Part shown: piece by piece, positions 39,749-53,736 of the stretch
How the letters are laid out: every line of letters begins with the position of its first letter
Position numbering within the stretch: position 1 is the stretch's first letter
Origin: Pseudovirgaria hyperparasitica
Taxonomy: Eukaryota
Reading direction: 5' to 3' (one strand)
Length of the DNA stretch: 64,000 nt
Assembly (NCBI GenBank): GCA_010093815.1
Contig: ML996576.1
Notes under the pieces: generated by a model
What the model saw: the letters and a program-made list of their open reading frames with translations, nothing else
The model's database searches: none
Told to the model about the DNA's origin: nothing
Translations under genes and position numbers: made by a program

Positions 39749-41447
39749 ATGGTAGTCGATACAGCATACTATGATGCGCTCGGGGTTCAACCGACCGCAA
39801 CCGAGCTCGAGATCAAGAAAGCGTACCGCAAACTCGCGATCAAGCTCCATCCCGACAAGAACCCCGGCGACGAGACGGCCCACGTCAAGTTCCAGCAGAT
39901 CGGCGAGGCATATCAGGTCCTTAGCGATGACAACTTGAGGAAGCAATATGACAAGTTCGGGAAAGAAGGCGCGGTGCCTCATAGTGGGTTCGGTAAGTTT
40001 GTGGTCCGAGCATCAGGGTGCTGGATTGTATTGCTGATACAGGACTATAGAGGACCCGTCAGAGTTCTTCGGCATGATATTCGGAGGAGAGGCTTTTAAT
40101 GACTGGTATGGAGTGCCCGATGTGACTTGTTACAGTCTTTTTGACCCATCTGCCATAGGATTGGCGAGATCTCTCTCATGAAGGACCTCACAAAGACCAT
40201 GGAAATTCAGATGCGGGAGATGGAAGAAGCGGGAGAGGCGCCTGCTGGTGAAGTAAAGACCGCAGAAACCGGAGAGTCCAGTACTGGAGACTCTACTGCC
40301 ACACCCGCTGGGTCGACAACAGGATCGAGCGCTGCCCCTCCTCCACCATCCGTATCAGAGACGGAGCCCATCGTGCCTCCTACTGCCCCACAAACAGCTG
40401 GATCTACACCAAAAAGTGCTGGTCTAGCTCCAGAGCCACAGGCCGTACCCAGCAGATCTGGCGCGAGCACTCCCCAGCATGGCGCGTTGCCCATAAGGCC
40501 TGCGATTATGGATCGATCCGAGGAGGAGGCAAGACTTGATGCCGCCGGCATGACGGAGAAAGAGAAAGAGCTCCGCGCGAAGGAGCGAAAACGCGGTCTC
40601 ACCAAGGAGCAGCGCGAAGAGCTTATGGCATACGAGATGGAGCGCAAGCGCATCCGCGAGGAGCGTGTAGATGACCTGGCCAAGAAGCTCGTCGATCGAG
40701 TCAGCGTCTGGACTGAGACAGACAAGGGCAAGGATGTCACAAAAGCATTCACGGAGAAGACCCGCCTGGAGATTGAGAATCTGAAGATGGAAAGTTTCGG
40801 TATCGAGATTCTGCATGCGATCGGAACGACTTATACCTCGAAAGCGTCCGCATTCCTGAAGTCGCAAAAGTTCCTCGGGATTGGCGGATTCTTCAGCAGA
40901 TTAAAGGACAAGGGCACGCTTGTCAAGGAGACGTTTGGGACCATGTCTACGGCAATAGATGCATCGCTCGCGATCGAAGAGATGGCCAAGCTTGAAGAGG
41001 CTGGCGGCGCCGAATGGACAGATGAAAAGAAAGCCGAGCACGAGAAAAAAATCACAGGCCTCATCCTCACAGCGGCATGGAAAGGCAGCAAGATGGAGAT
41101 CCAGAGCGTGCTCCGCGACGTGTGCGACAAGGTGCTCAACGACAAGGCAGTCAAGCTCGAGAAGCGAGTCGAGCGCGCCGAGGCTCTCATGCTCATTGGG
41201 CCGATGTTCGCAAAGGTATGGTCTTCGCCTTCTTCACAAATCAAAACTAACAGCACTTTAACAGGCCGAGCGCGACCCCGAGGAGCAGGGAGACTTCATG
41301 GCGTTCGAGGAGCTCATGGCCGAGTCGGCGCGTAAAAAGGAGGCAAAGAAGGACAAGAAGGAGGACAAGAAGGACAAGAAGCACAACCCATTTGGTCACC
41401 ACGCTCACGCCGATGAGAAGGCTAATACTACACCGGCGGCAGCGTAG
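39749..41447 (+). CDS. DJP1: DnaJ protein with DnaJ-X domain (Djp1/Caj1 family), multi-exon
   Basis: [13 protein letters not shown]...[19 protein letters not shown]-domain; [15 protein letters not shown] and [15 protein letters not shown]-domain; stop TAG 41445-41447. Confidence 0.88.
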
Positions 41448-41857
41448 GCTTCGAGAAACAAGGCATAAAGGTACATATACATACACTCCTTTCCTCCCCC
41501 AAAGCTCCATTCAACCAACCCGTTTTTATATATAGATATCCCCACAACTACGCCCATGTTCGAGCATATACTTTCTACTGGGCTATGAAATCGCCATTGA
41601 ATTTTTTCTTCGAGGGAGGGGGCTCTCTTTCCTTGTCTTTCGCCTCCTTGTCTCCCTTGTTTTCATGTGAGTGCCATTGCTTGGAAATGAATAGAGCAAC
41701 AGCGTTATAGCGTGCGTAGTCAGTCGATCAGTCACAGATTTCAATCTAGATTTCTTATAAAGATGGGGACTATGTCTATCCATCAGTCAACCATTTTAAT
41801 TTTCAAAACAACCTTACGTCGCATGGCGCTATCCTTACACAAGCCTCCCCAATGAGC

Positions 41858-43349
41858 TTAATATCTCAACCCATATCCCCCTCCCAATGCAGTATTCAGA
41901 AAGTCCCCTGCATCCCCGAGCCCACCACTAGCGACACCCCCTCGTCTCCGCCCATTCTGGCGCTCAAAAATCAAATTATCCGTCCGCTGCTGCGCATGTC
42001 CAAATGCAAGATACGTCGTGCCTGCGACAACAGCCGCCAGGACACCCGCGGAGACGTGGAATATATTCTCGGCAAGCATGCTGTTACTTCCACGCGACGA
42101 ATCCGGGACCATATCCGCGTCCGCATGCACAATCTCTGTGCTGTTCAGGTACCTACCCGCAAACGGCAGCTGCGCAAGCACCTGTCCCGCGACGCTATAC
42201 ACGCCAGCGCCAAACGAGGCCGTGGGCGCAGGGACCCAGGGCAGCTGCAGCATCTTCCACGCGCGGGCACGGCGGACGTCGTCTGTATTCGGGGGAACGC
42301 CGTCATTAAGTGCGAGTACAGCGGCAACGTCGACATCACCGCCCAGTAGCGAGGCACGGAGACGGGTAGTATAGGCGGCTAAGCGTGGGTATTGTGTCTT
42401 CATGGTATCGGCGACGAAAGCTTGAGGGACGGGCGGAAAGAGGAGGAGGGAGAGGTATGCGAGGGCAAGACAGTCGAGGGATGTGGGAAGGGAGGTGGTG
42501 AGGAGGTATGGCTTTTCGGCGAGGACGTCGGAGAGGGGGTCGAGGAGCGATTTCGTGAGGGCGTCGAGCTTGAATTTGGAGGTGAGTAAGGCTTGGTTGA
42601 GGGTGGTGCGGTTGCGATTCCAGAAGGCGGGTTTGGGGGTTTGCTGGAGGGATGCGGTCGCGGCGCGCTTCTCGGCTTCGAAGCGGGCGGACGGCGTGGA
42701 GATGGTGGTGTGGCCTGTATCGAGGCTGTCGTGGGTTGTGTCGACGTCAAGGGAGCGGAGGCCGAGATGGGCGGTGCGTGAGCGGGCGGCGGAGCGGCGG
42801 GATGGGGGGATGGAGTAGTTGCTGTGCCATGGGAGGATGCGTGTGTATGCGGGACGGGTGGTGGAGGAGTAGTTCTCGTAGGATGTGTAGAGGGCTATGT
42901 CGATGAGGGGGAGGGCATGGCGCTCGAGGAGGGCAGAAAAGCTGAGTTGGTGTCAATGGATGTATGAAAATGCGTTACTGTGATGGATTGTCAGGACGTA
43001 CGCTATGGTGTCGGCTTCTTGCTGAGCATCAAGAGCCTCGTCAAGTCGCGATGACGGGCGCGGTTGCTTCCTGATATGCCGAACGATTGCGTGGTAGCCG
43101 CCTATCCATTGATCGCCATCCTTGAGCGCCGGAAAGCTTTCTGTACGACGATCAGTTTTGTGCGTGGCTATATGAAGTGTGTTCCTCGCGGCTCTTACTT
43201 GTCGGACTTGAAGCCGGATCGTGCGCGGCTGATATCGTCCAGTCTTCATCTGTCAGGGTACAATTCAAGAAAGCTGCGGTAGCTATGCACTCTGCGTCAA
43301 TTGAGGGGAGTCCGAAAGCTGGTCCCCAGACGTGTAGCTCGAGCACCAT
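41858..43349 (-). CDS. SAM37: Metaxin-like SAM complex subunit (Sam37/Tom37), 3 exons
   Basis: MVLELHVWGPAFGLPSIDAECIA N-terminus; LPLIDIALYTSYENYSSTTRPAYTRILPW; PTSLDCLALAYLSL GST-like region; C-terminal TM; frame continuous into ORF 41858..42403. Confidence 0.85.
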
Positions 43350-43701
43350 TATATCTGATAGGGGACGGCGGGATGGAGTGCGGAGGTTCGGAGGTGCTGC
43401 TCTGAGGTGAATCTTGCGAGCAGTCGCTTGGGCCGCAATGGAGTTGGGTTATCGTCGAAACTTCGTCTGAATCATATAATCTTGATCATAGAGACTGAGG
43501 AGTCAAATGAAACGGTAGGTCGGTGTTGGAGTAGTAAATGCAGCAGCCTCACACCTAAATTTCTCCCATGTCACTCATGACGAAGATCTTCCGGCGCCAG
43601 GGTCCAAGCTCCCGCCTCCCGCTCCGCTCCACCCCATAACATCATCGACATCACCATCACCCACTACCACTACCACAACACTACCACGCCAACAACCCTC
43701 A

Positions 43702-44803
43702 ATGGCCCCAATCCGGCGATACCTGCGCATCACAAAGTACTCCGTCCTCGAAGTGCGCATCTACCTCGACAATCCCGCCCACAGCGAATCCTGGCTCCTC
43801 AGCAACAACAACTCAGCTCTCGCACGCATCATCGCCGCTATCCAACCCCTCGTCCTGCCCAAACTGCGCGAGGAAAACGAGCGCCGTAGTGGCAGTGGTA
43901 CAAAGTCTGGAAAACCAAAGGGCAAAAAGGGCGGTGTCAAGGATGTTGTCTCGGGAGGTGCGAAACTTTTGCATTTCCGAACTCTTTATCTAAATATAAA
44001 TATCGGTATTCGAAATCATGAACCAGCAAAGACGCTAACCCATACACTCTAAAACTACAGAAGACTTCGAAGTATCCCTCTTCCTAACCGCGCCTTCGTC
44101 ATCAACGCGCCACACCCTCCTCACGACGCAGAAGACATACGCGTCGAACCCGCCGTCGCGTTTGACTAGTAATACTGGGAAGCTGACCGGTTGGTTGGCT
44201 GGCGCTGATGCAGATGCCGCGGGATCGAGGGATAGGCCGGTTGATCTTTCGGGTGCGGATGTGTCTGTGCCGGGGCTCAGGAGAGAGGAAGAAGACGAGG
44301 ATGAGGATGAAGGAGGGCTAGATGCGATACCCGATAATGATACTGCGGCGAGAGATGCAAACCGGAAGAGGAAGAGGAGGAGGACGCGCGACACGACAGA
44401 CGATGGCGATGCGCTTTTCGTCGTAGACTCCAGCGCCGAGGAAGACGAGGCTGTTGAAGGGGCGGCTTCTACATCGTCGAAGCAGAAGAGAAAAGACAAA
44501 TCAACAGGGGACAAGGACAACGACAATGCCGACGACGAAGACGACAAGAAAAAACTCGTCTCGGCAACGCGCTACGACGGCTTCAGCATCTACGGACGCA
44601 TCCTTTGCCTCGTCGTCAAGCGCAGCGGACCAGCTGGGAAGACAGGAGGAGGAGCAGCAGCAGCAACAGGAAGGACGGCGAGTGGTAGTGCTGGTAGTGC
44701 TGGTGCAAGTGTAGGGATAGCATCGAGTCAGCAGATGCTCGAAAATTGGGTGAGTACGCAGGCGGCGGCCAAGGATTTGGATGATGAGGATGAGGATGAC
44801 TGA
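43702..44803 (+). CDS. Conserved-looking fungal hypothetical protein (acidic/basic, probably nuclear), 2 exons
   Basis: MAPIRRYLRITKYSVLEVRIYLDNP...LVLPKLREE; DDKKKL...YDGFSIYGRILCLVVKR; MLENWVSTQ; strong C/G codon bias; intron ~43958-44060. Confidence 0.75.
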
Positions 44804-47800
44804 ATGGATGGATGATTGGATGATTGGATGATTGGATTATGGATTGTATGAAGCTGCTGCTGCTGCCGAGGTCTTTGCACTCTGCCATACTCTGCCCTAC
44901 ACTACACTATCCCACGCAGACATGGCAAAGCTCCATCACAAGAACACCACTCCCCCTCCCCTCCCCTCCCCTCCTCTCAGCCCAAGATCCAAGATCCAAG
45001 ATCTACAATCCAATCCAACAACCCCCCAATCTCGTCGGAACTACCCATCAACAACGCACTACAGCCACACCCAGCACCGAGATACGATACACACAAGGCA
45101 CCAGGCACAAGGCACAAGGCCAATCGCCAATCCGCATCCCAACAAACCTCACCTCCGCGGCATCGGAGCGGCAAACATCCGGTCCCGACCAACCAACCGA
45201 CCGGACAGACAGACAGACAAGCAGACAAACCTACCCACTCATTTTACCCACTCTACCAACAAATCTATCTACCTACCTCCCGAATCTAGTCTCTACCAAC
45301 AACGGCTTTTGTCCCGTTAGCCACAGCAGCCGCCACAGTGGCAGCCACTACCACAACAGCCACAACCACAACGGTCACAGCAGCCACAACGGCCAGAGCA
45401 GCGCTCCCAGCCCCCAGCCCCGAGGACCGCAAACCATGGTTCACAAGACGCGCGCGTAGACAAGATCGTACGATACTCGACAGGTGTGTAACTGTAGTCT
45501 GTCTAGTCTGGTCTACTACGACGACGCTCCGCGGACGGAGAGATTCATACAGTCGGTCCGTCGGTCGGACAGTCGGACATCTCCCCTTGGGATGGTGATT
45601 CTTGATTCGAGGGGGACGTTTATTTTCCTTGAATAATATAATTGTCATGGTCTTTTTTTTGTCTTTAGGGGAGTAGAGGGAAGGGGTCACATGTGTGGTG
45701 GGGCGACGGGTGTGGAAGAGGAAGACAAGGACCAGGACAAGGATGGAGGATAAGGTTAAGTGATGGATAAGGCTAAGGGATCGAGAGTGAGAAATGTGGA
45801 GGACCTGGACGCAAACGATGAATGGTTCAGGCCAGCAGGTCGGGTAACAGAGACAGAGATAGAGACAGATAGAGACATAGAGAGAGAGAGAAAGAGAGAG
45901 AGGCAGAGAGAGCCCAGCATAGGGGATCGATCTGGGGAAAAAAGCGGGTCTTTGTCGCAAATCTGGTACACTAGCAGCCTTGCACGCCTTACGCGATCGA
46001 TTGTGGATACAGTAGTAGTTAAGGCTGGCTCGCCGGGGGGCTATTGGTCACCTCACGATGATTTGGGGCGACGAATTGTCCCAGCCAGGGTCTTTCTGAA
46101 ACGATCCATGGGACGGATGTTAGAAGGGTGAAGTAGTAGCTCGGGAGTCGTACCTCATGGGGAATTTTGAAAGACTAATTAGTGCATAGTCGTGATTCGC
46201 ACCTGAGTGAATCATATTGGATATGGGAGAGAGGTGGTACCGAGGACACCTTCTGATGTCAGTCAGCCTCGCTTCGTGGGTGTGTGTGTGTCCTATGTCT
46301 CTTTTGGATATTGTAATCATCATCGACCGATCGATTGAAGAGATATACTTTGGTGGGCAGGTAGACGGGACGGGTGATCCCCGTGGCTAAGCTGGATACG
46401 GATAATGCAAATAGCAAGACGAAACGTAAATCGCGTATAGCATATAGCAAAAGCAGCAGAAGAGCGTGCGCGTGCCATCTCCTTGCCCTGACTGACTCTT
46501 TGGAATTGTCTATGGGTGGATGCGAAAAGGAGATGGAGGGTCGGGCGCGAGAAAAGGCCGACAGAGGAAAGTTGAGTATCGATGTTTACGCGCGTAGACA
46601 TTAATTGTTCATTCAAGATGCGACGCGCCTTGCATACAGTGTCAGAGGCTGCGTCCGTCTGATGCGCTGGGACGGGCTGGCGGTTCCGCAGAGCCTCCTG
46701 TTTTTACACGTAACGATACTGACTCTTGTCATGATCTCTGACGCTTCGCTTGTGCACTTGTCAGTGTCAGTGTCAGGCAGAGCCTCATCGGCCGAGCTGG
46801 GTATATGCTATCGTGGCCATCAACAGAAAGTTTGGAATGGGGATTGTTGGCCTGTCGGACATGAGTAATTCTCCGATCACCCACACACACGAACACGCGT
46901 ACCATCATCAGCCTCAAGTCGGATTTTCCCTGCCCTCGCTACCACTGGCATCTACTCACCTCCCCCCATCTGACTGTGGGACTTGATAAACCCCCTCCCA
47001 CTCCTTCTCTCCACTCTTTGATAAGCGAGCTCCACCAGCAGCAACGAGATACGATGACCTAGCCAACAAGGTTCCGGCCGCGGACAGGCAGATGGCGTTC
47101 CTGCATTCCCCGTATGGTGGTGCACATCACTCGTCTGGCATACTAGCTAGCTGGCTGGCTGGCTGGTGGGTCTTGTGCATAACACAACATGAAATATACG
47201 ATACCGGTCAACAGCCAGCCCTATTCAGCATGCATGCTGGAATCTCGCCTCGGCCAGTTTTGGGCTGGGCTGGGCTGGGTCCAGGCATGGCGTTGCGTGG
47301 CTTGAGTATTGGTGAGGGGGGAGAAGAGGAGGCAGAGGCAGACAGCCTGGCGGGCTCTGAGGAGTGGAGGCGAGCTGGAACGACCCGCTGACAAGGCTAC
47401 AAGCGCCACTGTGGATTATGTCTATCCGTATACTTGGGTTCTGCTTGCTTTTTGTTTGCTTGCTTTGTTTTGCTGTGTCTGACTGACTGATTATGTACGA
47501 GGGCTGAAAACGACGTGTGGGATGCGTGTGCGGGTTGGAGCTGCGAGCTGCGAGCTGTGAGTCTCGTCACGTCCGGTCAGCGGTCAGTAGTATCTCATGT
47601 CAGGCACCGTCCTGTCAAGTTTGTACGTGCGTAATGTGTGTATATGTCTGCTGCGTGAGTGAGTAAGTTGTGTGGAGTGGATCATGGATTAGACGGGCGA
47701 CGATCACTTAGCTACAGTGAACTGCATGCTGCATTGGAAGTGCGCGAACTGCAATGTTACATAAGCAGGCAGCTTGAGCCCAGGAGGTTAGCGTGCTGCA

Positions 47801-50800
47801 GGCTGCGGGTGTTCCTGCCGCTAATACTGTTTCTGTTCCTGGCCCGTTCCTGGTCATGAACTGATGATAGATTCATGATGGTGATGCGTTTGCGTGCATT
47901 TCCGGTGAGGTGTGCTTTACCCTGGCAGGACTGCAGACTTGACCGTGTCAATCATTGTCTGTACGATGACTACTATACATTTGCAGATATATATCCCGCT
48001 CGTTGCTGACGCTCTTCACCGACACTGATGCTCGCACGGCTGGTGGATGATGGCATGTCATTCTCTGCGTTGGGCCGGATGTGGCATGTGTTTTGGGGAG
48101 GGGGATTGGATGATGGATGATAGGTGATAGATAGTTGATAGATGGTCAGACAGGTACATGGACAGATAACAAGCACGGTCTGGTTCTGGCTGACCGGACC
48201 GACGCGAGTGTGGCCTGTCTATGCAAGACTGCAAGACCTGCAAGACCTGCAAGCCTGAGAGTTGCTATCTATCTGGTGAGCGGCAGTTCGTAAAAATGGC
48301 GCGGACAGTTCAAGGCTTCAAGCTCAGATCGCAAGACCGCGGACGCGCGACAGGGATTGCGGGGGATGGGGAAGGGGAAGGGGAGGGGAGGGGGAGGACT
48401 GGCAAAGGGGCATGATGTGTCCGATCAGATGCAAAAGCAAAAGCAAACGCGATATGGTGGCTGACGAGAAGATCATACGATAGCATCAGAGGGCGCTGGT
48501 CTGGAGCTGGAGCCGGAGCCAGAGCTGGGCCTTGAAAACAGGTGAGTCAAGATTCGGAGGGAAATGGTGGTGGTGTTGAGATCGAGATGTCGGAGGATTG
48601 GCACAGGCATATCCAAGCGGCCGTAGCTATAGCCTATCTACGTCTGCGTGTCCCCGCGAACATTGAGCGAACGATAGGCGGAGAAGAAGCAGACGCAGAC
48701 GCAGATGCAGGACGGATGACTGGGCGGTGCGTGACTGTGGCCGTGACTGTGGCCGGTGAGAGCATATGCAATGTTATGCAGATGTCATGCCATGCCATGC
48801 CATGCGGTGCAATGCCGAGTAGTGCAAAGCGCTCATTTCGCGCAACGGTATGCCAGTCTGCCCAACCTGGGGTCGACCAGCAGAAATCTCGATGGACTAG
48901 CCAGGGTGTTTTCTTTGTTCGCTATCTCGATAACAGGCGGTGGCGCGTCGTTCCGGGTTTGCGCTCCGACCAGATCACCAGAAAGGCAGATTGATACAGA
49001 TGGTGTTGCAGATAGATACATACATCCCGGGTGTGTCTGGTAGCTCGTGAATGGCCATGTAGGTGAAGGTGCATTTGTGCACGTATGTTGAGATCAACTG
49101 ATATTACAATTACAACAACAAGACCGCAGATCTGCGGAGAGTCGGCAGGGTCGAGAACTATAGTTCAGGTGTGAGGCCTAATAATGCCAGGTACGGAATC
49201 AGGTCAGGTACGGTGACTGCTGTAGAGAGAGGTAAGCTCGAGCAGAATCGGCCCTATTATTACAGTTGCTTGAACCACTAACCAGAGCTGGTACCGCTTT
49301 TATATAGATTATAGTGAGCAACTGCGTGATAATCCTGCGAGATATTCTGTACCCCGGACGGACCCTCAGCTCGACCGACGCCGAGTCTAACGTGCACTGT
49401 ATCTCTATGGTAGATAGTTGAATTGCTAGCCGGAATATGGAATTTACACGAGCGCTATGGCACTGTTTGTCCCCAATGGCAGAGCGCGGATATGATATCT
49501 GTCCTCTATCTGTCATCTATCTGCCCCCATAATCGGCCTACAACTCCACTCACTGAGACGATGCTGTTTGACGCGACTCACTGCTCAGTCGGAGAATATG
49601 TATAGCGATAGAGGCCAAGAAATGTGTGGTCATGAACCAGACCAGGGACTGCGTAGTAACAAGTATTTGTGATTGATGTTGCATGATCTGATCGACGAGC
49701 ACCAGGACCAGGAAGGGGACCAGGACCAGGGGGAAGAGAGGACATGCAAGCTGGTGGATCGGCTGAATACCCTCAGATGACGCGTGCAGCAGGTAGTCAG
49801 GTACGAATGCGAATGGCTGTACCTTGGTATCACAGCAGCGTGTGTGTATGGATAGGACGGGTGTGGATCTCTGGAGAGAACAGTTCGTGTACCCACGCCA
49901 GCTGAGGTGAGTAGTAGATCAGGTCATGCCATGTGGGATACCTAGGCGCGCATGATCATGATGAATGGCCGCAACTCACGACACGATGACGCAAGCTGAG
50001 CAGGATAGATGGATAGACATCAGCTTTGCTCTCTCTCGCCATCGCGACAATACGAAGCAAGCTTCGAGACAGACAGCCGGAGCAGCGGCAGGAAAACAGA
50101 CGTAGAAGACGACCGGGGGTGTGTGTATACTGTAATCCCTCAGCAGCCAATCACAAGCACATGGTACCTGTCTCCGAGGCTCTCTCTCTATCAAACTACC
50201 CTGTTTCGGCTAATATAGTTCAACGACATCAGACTAATCATCTCTGGACTCATTAGTTAATTAATTACTTGGAGAATGGATACCTATGCATCCAACCCCA
50301 AGCCAACAAAATCCAGCCAAGCAACAATGCAGCCTGCCCCTGGTCAGAAGATTTTTCCCACGTGTCCATCGAGCGCCACAGTTCACACCGCCACCCTGCA
50401 CTCCGCCATGTCATAATATAACTTTTTTTTTCTTTTTTTTCCCTTTCTTGTCTTGTGTTCTCGTCACGCGCGCGTGCTGACGAGCGACTGACAGGACTGA
50501 CAAATATCTAATTCGTGTTGATATCTGATCCTTTTGATTAGCTGGTGGTCCATGCCGTGGGATGATCGTGTCATTTTCCATCCCAGTCTGTCTACGCTGA
50601 GCCCCCTCGAATGTCGCCCGTTCATAGTAGTCTGTACGGTCTGCGCCAGATGCGCCAGAGATGCCAGTGAGCAGTCAGTGCCAGAAGCGTTGCGTTGGGC
50701 GACACTACATTACACTGTACAGAGTACGGTACCGACAACTTTATTAGTATTAATTAGCAAAGTCATCGCGTGGCTTGGCTTTCTCCCTCTCTCCCTCTAT

Positions 50801-53497
50801 CTCTAGGCGTGTCTCTCTTCATCAAATCTCCAGAGAAATGCACGCATGGGCAGCAAAGAGGCCGAGGCGCGTGTCCTTGCTTTGGGGTCCTAGCGTCGTC
50901 GACACGCACATGGCAATTTGACACCAGTCTCGCCCTGTTGGCTGGATGTATCTATGTATCTCATTGTGGGACTACTCCTCAATGATGCAAACCGATTTAT
51001 GACTCAGTAGGTAGACCCTTCTTTGCCAGGCCAGGCATCTCCCTTGCTTGTCGCGGCGGACACACCGATCGGGACATGGCGGTTATCATTTTGTCTATTA
51101 ATAATTGTTAATATTGCTATCTATCAATTGGAACTGGTACTGATATTGCTACTGTTTCGCCAGACGTCATGTCTCCTCGCGCTCCTTGTTTTGCATTATG
51201 TGTAGTAATCAGTCTCGTGATGCCATTGCATGGAGCGTGGCAAAAACGCCGTGTCCGTTGTCTGTGTGTCGGTCTACCTGCATCACGAGGTCTAACAGGC
51301 GAACTCCTGTTCGTGTCGCACGTTGCGTCGCAGCATGTCGTCTCGTCTCATCTCGTCTCCAAGTAACTAACCTCGTCTGGAATGCCGCTACGTTTGACCA
51401 GCGCGCACAAAAGGGGTCCCGCTCTGTCCTGATCTGTAACCAGCCGGGCGTGCGCGTCTCCGGAAGGGATGAATGGACGGATGGCTGGAATGAAATGGAA
51501 GCGCTTCTCGAACGGCGGCAGAAGACATGCCGGACGGACGGGGCGCGACTTGTTGATTAATTAATTAGACGATAGACAGCTAGAAAGTTTCAGGCTTGCT
51601 TCTCCCAACCTATTCCCGTTGGTCGGTGCCAAGGGGGACGTGTTGACTCTCTCTATCGCGCAGAAAGGAAAGGGGAAATTAGGTGCCCATTTGCCACACT
51701 CACACCGACGCACGCCGCAACACAAGAAAAAACGGTCATTAGGTTGCAGAACAGATCAAGCGCACGCTTTGGGCAATCTGATGCCCGAAAGGATGTTCTT
51801 GGGTGCTTCTTAGCCGCGCGCTCGCACACACACGCCCTATCCAGGGAGGACCAGGACAAAGATAGACTTTTTCCCTTATTCTTTTTCGGCGCTTGCTTGA
51901 CCGCAGTCCCACAGACAATTTTAGCATTTTTGTTGTTGTTGGGGACGGGGATGGGGATGGGGATTAGCAGGGGGAGGAGGAATCTTACCATTATGTTTTC
52001 CTTTCCTTTTTCCTTGTCTTTTTTTTTTCTTTTCATTCTGTGAATCATAATCATACCCATAATCATACTCATCATAATCGTATTGGGATTCCCAGCACAG
52101 GGATGGGCCATGTGCGACAGCGCTCGTTTCGCGAGCAAATGGGCCGATCATTTCTTGTTCCTGGCCCGTCCTTGACGACGCGTCAACGTACGCCCCAGAA
52201 ATGGAATGGGCGCTAGCCTTGCGGGTAAGTGCCTAGGTATTCTTAGCTAGGTTACAGTGTATCTCCAAATGAGTTAGCAGTAGTAGTAATTAGAGGTTAG
52301 TAGTCAGGAGGAGTAGTGGTAGTAAGTAGGTGTGGCGGACGCCGGCGTCAAAAAACAACAAGGAACGAAGCGTGCCTTGCGTGCCAGCGTGCCAGCAGTG
52401 CCAGCTTTGTGGTGTGTGTGTGTGTGTATGTGTCCCTCACCGCCACAGCCTGTCAAGTCTCATGTTTCTGGTTTCCTGTTCCTGCTGTGTTTTACCGCTG
52501 CGGTATATCGGATTTTTTTTGGCCGTCTGGCCTGGCTCTCCCATACTCTCACATGAGAATGGGGACTACTATCTGTCTGGATGTACGGAGAGTTATGAAC
52601 CACAGGACTGTTAATACCACCCAACCCCCCAACAGCAAGCCATAGCATCCACACCTGGATGTTCCGACCCAAGTACCGGCTCCTGGAGTCTGGAGAGATG
52701 GCCGATTGCGATGATCGGAGAGCGCTAGCATCATCATCATCATTCAAACACACATTTCAGTTCAGGTGGTCATGGTTATTTTTGACGCTGGAAAGCTAAG
52801 ACCCCGGCCAGAACAGAGCTGAGAGGAAACCAGGGGGGAGGGAGGGTGTGTATGCTCGGTGTTGTCGCAGGCCGCCCAAACAAATCAGCCGACCACCGCG
52901 GGCGGAGATGAAACGGGGGTGGGGGGTGAATGATGGAGGAATTATCAGGATGCGCACACACACATACACACACATACACACACACATATATGCTGGAACG
53001 GTGACGGCGACGGTGACGGTGACGGGCGATGGATGGGCGATGGGCGTTCGGCGCATGCACCGCCCAGGGACAAGCTGCCTCTGCTTCTCTCTGCCTCTGC
53101 CGCCAGCCTTGTCACATCCCTCCCTCCCTTGCGCTCCACCGGCAAGCCCCAAGCCATCAATCTCTCCTTTCTCCTTTTCCACGTCTGCCTTTTGCCTGCC
53201 TGCGTGTGTGTGCGTGTGTACGTATGTGCTTGTGCCTGTGCTTGTGCCTGTCTGTGCCTGTACCTGTGCGTCTGCGTCTGCGTACGTACTGTAACTCAAC
53301 GCCGCCCCGCTCTGTCTGCTCACTCACCTCACACCTCAACGCAGACCAGGGGGGGCCCCCCCTCCCCCTCTCCCCTGTCTGCACTTCTCACGATCCGAGC
53401 CTGGATGACTGTGTATGACATGTTCTGCAGTTCCACCAAGCCCTGGCTAACTAAACTATTTCCTTTCTCAACTCACTTTCTTCTCCGAATCTCCCTA

Positions 53498-53505
53498 CAT
53501 AAATA
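53498..53505 (+). promoter_or_regulatory. TATA-like box CATAAATA upstream of the micro-ORF
   Basis: Lies in a CT-rich block (53460-53530) about 150 nt before ATG 53653, the usual filamentous-fungal core promoter layout. Confidence 0.45.
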
Positions 53506-53652
53506 CCCCCAAGCCGCTCCCCTCTGCTGACACGTATTCTGCTCGATATCCAACGACCAATTCGGCCACGACTCTATTACACAGTCCTCTTTGCTACTTA
53601 ACAGTACGACTCTCGACACACACTGTCAGTCAACCAGCTTCTTCACATAAAC

Positions 53653-53736
53653 ATGATGTCTACAATGTCCGTATCTCAACTGCCGCCTCCTCCAGGCCCT
53701 CCGCCAACAAGGCCTCTACCAGCAATCCCAAAGTAG
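53653..53736 (+). CDS. Candidate 27-aa proline-rich micropeptide MMSTMSVSQLPPPPGPPPTRPLPAIPK
   Basis: ATG in AAC-ATG context and in-frame ATG in ACA-ATG-TC context; ten Pro codons with mixed third positions (CCG/CCT/CCA); RPLPxxP SH3-ligand consensus; TAG 53734-53736. Confidence 0.6.
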   Translation: MMSTMSVSQLPPPPGPPPTRPLPAIPK

